Below are positions 55,328-64,000 of a stretch of 64,000 nt of DNA, one piece after another; the first letter of the stretch is position 1; the number at the start of each line of letters is the position of its first letter. Both the position numbers and the translations under genes were made by a program. The stretch lies in assembly GCA_035221665.1 (NCBI GenBank), contig CM069132.1, positions 97,960,001 to 98,024,000 on the forward strand, in the 5' to 3' direction. The stretch is from Okamejei kenojei. Lineage: Eukaryota. The notes below the pieces were generated by a model. It was not told where the DNA came from. It saw only the letters and a program-made list of their open reading frames with translations, and searched no databases.

Positions 55328-57225
55328 TAGCTAAATCCCGTTTTGCATTTTGTTATGCAAGAGTATTTAGAGCATCCACATACACTATTGAAAAGGTGTG
55401 ACAGGAGATGCCAACTAGCAGAATTGTTACATCCACAAGGGATCATTGGATGATTTCAGCCTGGTTTAGTAATTAAATGAATTTGACATTATGTTAATGG
55501 TTTGGCCAATTATCAGGTATTTGTACAAGGACTTGACCCAATTGCATTATGCAATATATTGTCAAAAGAATCCAGAGAACAATATTATCCTCAATATGTA
55601 AATTCTTTTATCGAAACAGTGTTTGTCCTTTTAGGATGCAAATGCTTCTGACAGATGAGCCTCTTCAATAATTGGTAGTCAACCAAAATCAGCTAAATTG
55701 CCATCTGTCTGGAGAATCATACAGGATCAGAGGTGCATTCTCGTGAGGGCATCAAGTTCAGCTATAAAATAAAAGCTTAGCAATTGGCATACTGTGGAAG
55801 GTTCAGACCTACAGTGTCTAATAACTGGGGTTACTCTCTGCCAAATGTAGATATTAACATAAGCACAAAGCTGTTCTATAAAAAAAACCTCTCAAAATCT
55901 CACCAGTTGGGATTCAGTTTGTTTATGTTACCCAGAGTCTATGTAACCTCAGACTCTATTATGCAAATTTCCAAGGTGGATAGATCCTCTGGCTCATATT
56001 CAGGTCTGCCACCGGTACTTCAACCAGTTGAGTGACTTCAGTTGCTTTAGTAACACATGTAAGCATCCTAATTTAATACAAATTAACTAATGGATCATAG
56101 CTCAAATTGCACAAAAATAATATTTCACGGAGAGAGAAAATATTGTTAAGGGTTATGATGAAATTCACGTAATTAGAGGAGTGCAATATATCATTGGGTA
56201 ATCACATAAAACAAGAAAGATACTCTAATTTTACGATCTGATATCATATGGCTTGACTAAAGCAGTCATTTTTGACAATCTGCTCCAGTTTGGCAAACTG
56301 TTCAAAGCTTTTGGGGTCCCTGATTATCTTGTAACTTTTAAACTGACTTCATGATTTGTTTATATTTGCCTTCCTTCGTGTGTCTGTAAATTTATACTCT
56401 TGTTTATAACCAGAATCTGGATTGATGACATTCAAATATAATGTGTATAAGCATTCTGCAAAGCTAAGTCATGCAAGCACATTTAATTTATATTTAATTT
56501 GTAAATAATAAGCTAAATTAATAGTTTATTATTTAAAGCCCACAGGAAAAATCATTACGTAATAACAATTACATATTGCCTCCAAGCTATTTTTTAACTT
56601 GTGTAAATATATATTTAAAATAACATAATTTTTAGTAGGAAAATGGTACAGGAAAATTAGATTTCAAAGAGTGACCTTCCTGTTTTTAATTTATTTATGC
56701 AGAGATTGGAGGGATATGGATCATGTGTAGGTAGGAGATTAGTTAATCTTGGCACCGTGTTTAGCACAGGCATTGTTCCTGTGCTGCACTGCTCTATGTT
56801 CTCACTTCCATACAAAATCCCAACAATAAACTGTCAATTGTTTCTCAACATAGTAACTCAATTAATTATTTTTCATGCAGACACCATTGAAGATTTCTGT
56901 CTAATTAGAATGTCATTAGATAAGTAAAGTCAAAGGTGAATAAAATTGTGAATTAACTGTGTGATTTTGCAAATTAATGACTCTACATGATATTCAAGTC
57001 GTGAGACATTTGTGATGCATTTAAGTTTTGGTGCAATGGTTTATGAGTGAAATTAACCATATTTCCATGCAATTCATTATTCTTTATATGATCTATATGC
57101 TTATGGTGAAGATTAGGATTAATATATGCAGAGGTTATTGTGTATTTTCAAAGTGTAGGCCCTGTTTAAAATGCTTGTTGCATTGATTTAATTGTCCAGT
57201 TATTAACGATCAATAATAATCTTAG

Positions 57226-57596
57226 AAACATAGAAACATAGAAAATAGTGCAGGAGGAGGACATTCGGCCCTTCGAGCCAGCACCGCCATTCATTGTGAT
57301 CATGGCTGATCGTCCACTATCAATAACACGTGCCTGCCTTCTCCCCATATCCCTTGACTCCACTAGCCCCTAGAGCTCTATCCAACTCTCTTAAATCCAT
57401 CCAGTGATTTGGCCTCCACTGCCCTCTGTGGCAGGGAATTCCATAAATTCACAGCTCACTGGGTGAAAAAGTTTTTTCTCACCTCAGTCTTAAATGACCT
57501 CCCCTTTATTCTAAGACTGTGGCCCCTGGTTCTGGACTCACCCAACATTCCTGCATCTAGCTTGTCCAGTCCTTTTATAATTTTATATGTTTCTAT
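57226..57596 (-). mobile_element. CR1 LINE 3' fragment
   Basis: (TAGAAACA)n tail on the plus strand; 3' UTR homologous to other CR1 copies. Confidence 0.88.
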
Positions 57597-57717
57597 ATCT
57601 TGTGGGTAGAAATGCTGGAGAAACTCAGCGGGTGAGGCAGCATCTATGGAGCGAAGGAAATAGGCGACGTTTCAGGACGAGACCCTTCTTCAGACTGATA
57701 ATCTTGTAGTACCTGAT

Positions 57718-57938
57718 GTTTAAGAAAGAACTGCAGATGCTGGAAAAAAGTTAGACAAAAATGCTGGAGAAACTCAACGGGTGAGGCAGCATTTATGGAG
57801 CAAAGGAATAGGTGACGTTTCGGGTCAAGACCCATCTTCAGAAGACCCTTCAGAAGGGTCTCGACCCGAAATGTCACCTATTTCTTCGCTCCATAGATGC
57901 TGCCTCACCCGCTGAGTTTCTCCAGCATTTTTGTCTAC
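57718..57938. mobile_element. Fold-back Penelope-terminus mini-element (adjacent monomer at about 57604-57697)
   Basis: 15-bp TSD cttgta(g/a)tacc(t/c)gat at 57703-57717 and 57939-57953; ~90-bp inverted arms. Confidence 0.78.
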
Positions 57939-58259
57939 CTTGTAATACCCGATCATAATTTTTGCATGTAACTTTAAATTAATGACTGCATTAGTTGCAT
58001 TTAAACTATTCAAAACTTCCCATTTATTGTGTGCAATAATGTAAAATGACATTACCTATATCTTTCATACATGAAATGACTGACATGAAATTAATTCACA
58101 GCTTTTTTAAAATTATTTTGTCTTTATTTAACCCCAACAACAATCTTAAAATGTAACCTCAACAATAACATCCAAATAATAAAGTTTGGGATTGGCAAAC
58201 ATTTCAATTATTAATGTCTCCTGAATGCTGCTGCCGCAAGAGTACTCTTTTTACATAGA

Positions 58260-58535
58260 GAGATACAGTGCGGAAACAGGCCCTTGGGCCCACCGGGTCC
58301 ACATCAACCATTGATCATCCGCATATTAGTTTTGCATCCTGCATACTATAGGGCAATTTATAAAAGCTAATTAACTTACGAACCTGCACGTCTTTGGAAT
58401 GTGGGAGGAAACCAGAGCTCCCAAGGAAAAACAGGGAGAACATACAAACTCTGTACAGACAGCACCTGTAGTCAGGATTGAATCTGGGTCTCTGGCGCTG
58501 TGAGGCAGCAGCTCCACCACTACACCACTGTGCCC
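58260..58535 (-). mobile_element. V-SINE (HE1-like)
   Basis: tRNA-like head at about 58470-58535, V-domain core, CR1-like tail. Confidence 0.8.
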
Positions 58536-59486
58536 CCGTTCCTGGTCTGCCATGTGCGTCACAGCAAGTCTGAAGTAGGGTGTCGACCCAAACCGTCACC
58601 CATTCCTTCTCTCCAGAGATGCTGCTTGCCCCGCTGAGTTACTCCAGCTTTTTGTGTCTATCTTCTATTGTTCATTTATGTGGATAAGTTGTCAAGAAAG
58701 GAGCACCGTCATTGATGACTCAATGTTTCAAAGTGTAGTAGGAGCTGCAGTTCATTTATGTGTGTTGTCACTTCAAAAGCACGCAAAGAAGTATGAAAAG
58801 AGTCAATTGCATCATGTAAACTCACATTTTAAGATTCCTCTCAATCCTAAATTTTAGAGAAGCAAAGACTGAAGGGAATGGACTTTGTATTGTTAAGAGG
58901 CCTGGGATAAGTAATAATTCTTACATTTATGTAAAAATTATTCAAATCAATCTGAAAAGCAAATACATTAGTTCTACTATCACCAGAACAGCCAAACAGC
59001 AGTGTGATGGCAATGAATTTTAAATTATCGCTGGAAGTGATATGAACATATCAGTTAGAAACAGGAGTAGCTACTCGGCTGCTTGAGTTTATTTCACCAT
59101 TTATTCAGGTCATAGGCTCATCCAATTATGAACTCAGCTCTGCAATCCAGGATACAGCAGTCCAGGGCACAGAAATGGACCCTTTTCCCCCTTCTCCATG
59201 CCAACCACGATGCATATCTACATAAATCCTATTTGCCTGCATAAGGCCTGTACCCTCCATGCTTTTCTTACGTAAGCAACTGTCCAAATGCTTTCTAAAT
59301 ATTGTAATTGCATCTGACTTCAAGGTGTCCTGTGGCAGCCCGTTCCAGATATCCACTGGATTTCTGTGTGAAAAACGGACCTTTTACAACTCCTTTAAAC
59401 TTCACTCACCTTAAACCTGCACTTTCTGTTTATCGACTCGCTCCTTGGAGAAAAGTTTTAACCATCGATCCTATCTGTGCTCATCA

Positions 59487-60594
59487 TCTATACATAACTA
59501 AAACTCTGATCTTGTACTCTTCCGGTTTGAGTGTTTTTACTATTTGCGCAAAGACGGTACAGGATAATGGTCCGATTTTCCGCCAGCTCACTCACCGTTC
59601 TCCTGTGCTGTGAGTGCAACAAGTTTCGTTCAGATCGGTGGTATATTGTAAAAGTTAGCGAGGTTTAAAAATCTTAAAAACTGCACATGCGCAGATCGAT
59701 CTCCTCTCCTGCCAGTCAGCGCGGCACGGATTGGTCTCTTCTTCTGTCACTCCGCGGGACGGTCCTCCCCTTCCTGCGCCATCATGTCTTTACTGGAGCT
59801 GAGGGACGCTGTGGATGGCCGGCAGAGGTCTCCAACTGGACGCAATTTTCGGAGGGACCGGAAGCAGCACGGCGCGGAGTCAGAGATGTCGCCAAAACGG
59901 AAAGCGGAGACTGATCCCGGTGGAGGAGAATGACCAGCGACCAGTGACCAGCGCCCGCTGTGAGTCTCCATTGCACCACCAGCCCCTTACCCCTCGCTGG
60001 CTCCTGCCCTCCTACCCGTGATACCCCCCTCTCCCCCATGGCTCTTCTCCAGCTTTTCTCTGAGCTCTCTCCCCCCTCGCCCCCCGCCCACACACCACCT
60101 CCCCCACAACTCGCTCGCTCACACACCTCCCTCCCCCCACAAACCTCCCCCACCCACACACCCCCTCCCCCCACAACTCTCCTGCCCCCACACCCCACTC
60201 TTCCCCTCCCCCATCCTCCCTCCCCCCACAACGCGCCCACACACCCCCCTCCCGCACACAACCCACCATACCCCCTCCCACAACCCTCCTTCCCCCCTCC
60301 CACACCTCCCCTCCCACCCCACACCCCCGCCACACATCCCCTCCCTCCAACTCCCCCCCCACCACTCCTCCCCTCCAACCCCATCCCCCCCCCGCCACAC
60401 ACGCCCTTTCTCCCTCCCCCTCCCCTCCTCACCTCCCACACATGAAGAGGAGGGGGAGGGAGTGCTGGGGATGAGGGGAAATGAGCTGTGCCTGCACAAT
60501 TAGGGGCTATGGGTGAGTGGTGGAATATTGCATTGAGGAATGGGTTGCATTGGGGAACCAGGCCTTCCGTGTGACTGGGACCCAACGGGTCTAG
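59487..60594 (+). mobile_element. Non-autonomous Helitron
   Basis: A|TCTATACATAACTAAAACTC…GACCC-AAC-GGGTC hairpin…CTAG|T, no TSD; splits a minus-strand CR1 (…gctcatca|tattttata…); internal C-rich low-complexity tract. Confidence 0.85.
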
Positions 60595-61039
60595 TATTTT
60601 TATAAACCTTCATGTGGTCAATCCACAGCCACTCGACATTCCACTGAGAATAAACACAGGCCTAATGAATCTCTTCTGCCCTCTCTCTGTTGCGACCACA
60701 TCCTTTGTGCAGTATGGCAACCAGTATTGTACACAACACAATGTTGTCTAATCAATGTTTTGTACAGTTGCAACCAGTGTTAACTCTTTTTTCTCAATGC
60801 CTCCGTCTATGAATGGAAGCATACCGAATGTCTTCCTCACTACCCTATCCGCATATGTCGCCAATTTCAACTGTGATCTTGGACCTCAAGGTCCCTATTA
60901 TGTCAATGTTCCTGTGGCAATTTACCCAATATGTCTCAACAAAACTTGACATCCCAAAGTGCATTATCTCATACTTGTCTGAATAAAATTCCATCTGTCA
61001 CTGTTCCGCAAAACTTTCCAGCCGATCTATGTTCCAATG

Positions 61040-62515
61040 TCTTGTTTGTCATTTGCATCAATGATTTGCATGAGAATGTACAAGGCATGATTAGTGAATT
61101 TGCAGATGACACTAAAGTGGGTGGCATTGTAGATAGTGAAAATGGTTGTCAAAAATTGCAGCAGGATCTTGATCGGTTGGGCAGGTGAACTGAGGGATGA
61201 TTGATGGAATTTAATACAGAGAAATGTGAGGTTTTGCATTCTGGAAAGCTGAACCAGGGCAGGAACTACACAGTGAATGGCGGCATTCTGGTGAGTGTTG
61301 AGGAGCAGAGGGATCTAAGGGTTTAGGTACATAGTTCCATGAAAGTGGCATCACAGATAGGTAGGGTGCTCTAGAAGGCTTTTAGCACATTGTCCTTCAT
61401 CAGTCAGAGGTTGGGAGGTCATGTTACAGTTATACAAGACATTGGTGAGGTAACATTTGGAGTACTACTAGACCAAGTGGGACCCGTTGGATCCCTGTCA
61501 CACAGGAGGCTTGGTCCCCCAACGCAACCCGTTCCCCCAACGCAATATTCCACCACTCGCCCATCGCCCCCACGGGAGGCCTGCTCCCCCAATGCAACCC
61601 ATGCCCCAAAGCAATCTTCCACCTTTCACCCATAGGCCCCAACTGCCAGGAAACAAAAATCCAATTGTACTTGCTGCCAGGACTGGGATTTGCAACATTG
61701 TAGCGGGCAGGGCTACAATCCCATTGTGAAGTCATGGCTGTAACTGCCACTGCAACTTCAAGTCATTTTTCTCAGTGGGGTTTTGTAAAGATAAAAATGT
61801 GAATAACTTGTAAAATAGAACAACAATCTGAACAAAACATGATATAAACCACCACAGGACAATGGCGAGTAAGGTGGTCCAAAAATTGTAGTGTTGTCCT
61901 GTACCGTTTTGGCGTAATTTCAGGATCAGACAGAATCACACACACACACAGACAGACTCACAGACATAGAAACAAACAAGATGAGAGTTTTAGTAATATA
62001 TTGATGTTCAGTTTTGGTCATCCTGTTACAGGAAATATGTTGTTAAGCTGCAAAGAGTGCAGAGAATATTTATCTGAAAAGGGTGCAGAGAAGATTTATG
62101 AAGTTGCAAGGACTCGAGAGCCTGAGTTATAGGGAGAGTTTGAGCAGGCTTGGACATTACTCCTTGAAGTGTAGGAGGGCGAGGGGTGATCTTATAAGGT
62201 GTGCAAGATCACGCTGGATCATTCAGGAATCAAGAATCAGCGGACATGGGTATAAAGTGAAGGGGGGGAAAGATTTAACAGAAATCTGAGAGATACGTTT
62301 TTAACACAACCGGTGGCATGTATATGGAACAAACTGCCAGAGGAAGTAGTATTACAGCAGGTACTATTACAACATTTAAAAAACATTTGGACAGCTACTT
62401 GGATAGTATAGGTTTAGAGAGATATGGGCCAAATGCAGGTAGGTGGGACGATAGTAGATGAGGCATGGGCAAGTTGGGCAGAAAGGGCCTGTTTCCACAA
62501 TGTGCGACTCTATGT
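61040..62515 (+). mobile_element. CR1 LINE fragment (RT to 3' UTR) split by a Helitron
   Basis: INDLHENVQGMISEFADDTKVGG…LQQDLDRLG; LQGLESLSYRESLSRLG. Confidence 0.88.
61468..62004 (-). mobile_element. Non-autonomous Helitron (same terminal family)
   Basis: Minus strand A|TCAATATATTACTAAAACTCTCATCTTG…GGGATCCAACGGGTCCCACTTGGTCTAG|T; splits a plus-strand CR1 (ggagtacta|tgttcagtttt). Confidence 0.87.
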
Positions 62516-62732
62516 AAGGGAGTCTATCTTACCAGAAACTGCCAGAATTAACCTCTCTGTCGAGCTCAGCCCCTGAGTCCTGACAATGTCCTCGTAAATC
62601 TTTACTGCACCCTTTCCAGTTTGATAACATCTTTTTTATAACAGAGTGACCAAAACGGAACAGAACTCTAAATGTGGTCTTACCAATGTTTTATACAACT
62701 GTAACTTGACCTCCCAACTTCTATACTCAATA

Positions 62733-63385
62733 GGTACACAAAATGCTGGAGAAACTCAGCGGGTCCAGCAGCATCTAGGGAGTGAAGGAGATAGGCAACG
62801 TTTCGGGCCAAAACCCTTCTTCAGACTGATGGGGGGTGTGGGGAGGCGGGGGGGAAGAAAGGAAAAAGGAGGAGGAGGAGCCCGAGGGCTGAGGGAGAGG
62901 TGGGAAGGGGAGGAGACAGCAAGGGTTAACAGTATTGAGACAACAAGGGTTAGCAGAATTGAGAGAATTCGATGTTCATGCCAAAAGGATGCAGACTCCC
63001 CAAGCGGAATATGAGGTGCCGTTCCTCCAATTTGCGGTGTTGCTCACTCTGGCCGTGGAGGAGGCCCAGGACAGAGAGATCAGATACGGAATGCGAGGGG
63101 GAGTTGATGTACTGAGCCACGGGAGGTCGGGTTGGTTAATGCGGACACATCGGAGGTGTTCGGCGAAACGATCACCAAGCCTCCACTTGGTCTCACCGAT
63201 ATAGATCAGCTGACATCTAGAGCAGCGGATGCAATAGATGAGGTTTGAGGAGATGCAGGTGAACCTCTGTCAGACCTGGAATGCCTGCTTGGGTCCTTGA
63301 ATGGAGTGGAGGGGGGGATGTAAAGCGACAAGTGTAGCATCTCTTGCGGTTGCAAGGGAAAGTGCCCGAGGAAGGGGTGGAGCGT
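62733..63385 (-). mobile_element. Penelope-like element 3' fragment
   Basis: GTFPCNRKRCYTC and GIY-YIG remnants on the minus strand; hammerhead motif at about 62797-62825. Confidence 0.88.
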
Positions 63386-64000
63386 GATAAAACATTAAAC
63401 ATATGAATTAAATAAAATACCAGAGCAAAAGGAGGCTACAGATTTTTGGTTATTGAGTAGAGCTACTACTCGTGAAAAAAAGCTGTTTTTATGTCTGGCG
63501 GTGGCAGCTTTGACACTCTCTGCTTCCTTCCAAGAAGACAATTTCCAATCTGTCAGCTATCTCTCCTTGAATCAAGCTACCTCAGCCTCTAAATATATCA
63601 AAAAACTTTGCTTCCTGGAAAACGTGAGTAACTGAATTACAAAGACTCATGACCCTCAAAAGATTTTTAAAAAATTACCTATTTTCTGAATTAATTGGAC
63701 TGCCATATATTTTTTTAACTGATTTCTGGTTCCAGGAAATTAAGTACTGTTTAATAAATAATGTGTTATTATAAAATGTTCTGTTACATTAACCATATAA
63801 CAATTACAGCACGGAGACAGGCCCTCTCGGCCCTTCCAGTCCGTGCCGACCATTAGAAATTGCAAATTCTAACCTTACCATGCTACGTGTCAAGCGTGAT
63901 CATTTTTCTTTGTGAACTATCTTAAAGGGAGAAGAAATGATACATGCAAATTGAGACATAGAAACATAGAAACATAGAAATTAGGTGCAGAGTAGGCCAT

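Noticed and set aside
59782-60585. Long Gly-rich and Pro-rich ORFs on both strands
   Set aside because: Artefact of a C-rich low-complexity tract inside a Helitron.

Overview
Vertebrate genomic DNA, almost certainly from a cartilaginous fish (skate/ray-like repeats: V-SINE/HE1-type SINEs with CR1-like tails, abundant CR1 and Penelope elements). I recognise only two host exons, both internal minus-strand coding exons of CNTNAP2 (Caspr2): 219 nt at 17827-18045 and 237 nt at 11478-11714. Both have canonical AG/GT boundaries and encode laminin-G and EGF segments. The rest appears intronic and is packed with mobile DNA. It includes many CR1 LINEs (one ORF2-complete, with a tandem-monomer 5' end and no ORF1), two Rex1/Babar LINEs, an L1-type 3' fragment with TSD, and Penelope (GIY-YIG) elements. 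There are also many short Penelope-terminus-derived insertions carrying minimal hammerhead-ribozyme motifs and 10-16 bp TSDs, two non-autonomous Helitrons, a nested TIR element with a CpG/NRF1-motif array, and two probable solo LTRs. Most short ORFs in the track are TE fragments or noise. TE coordinates were read by eye and are approximate unless a TSD or terminus is quoted. I found no evidence for a wholly new protein-coding system; the most distinctive signal is the TSD-flanked, hammerhead-bearing mini-element family.
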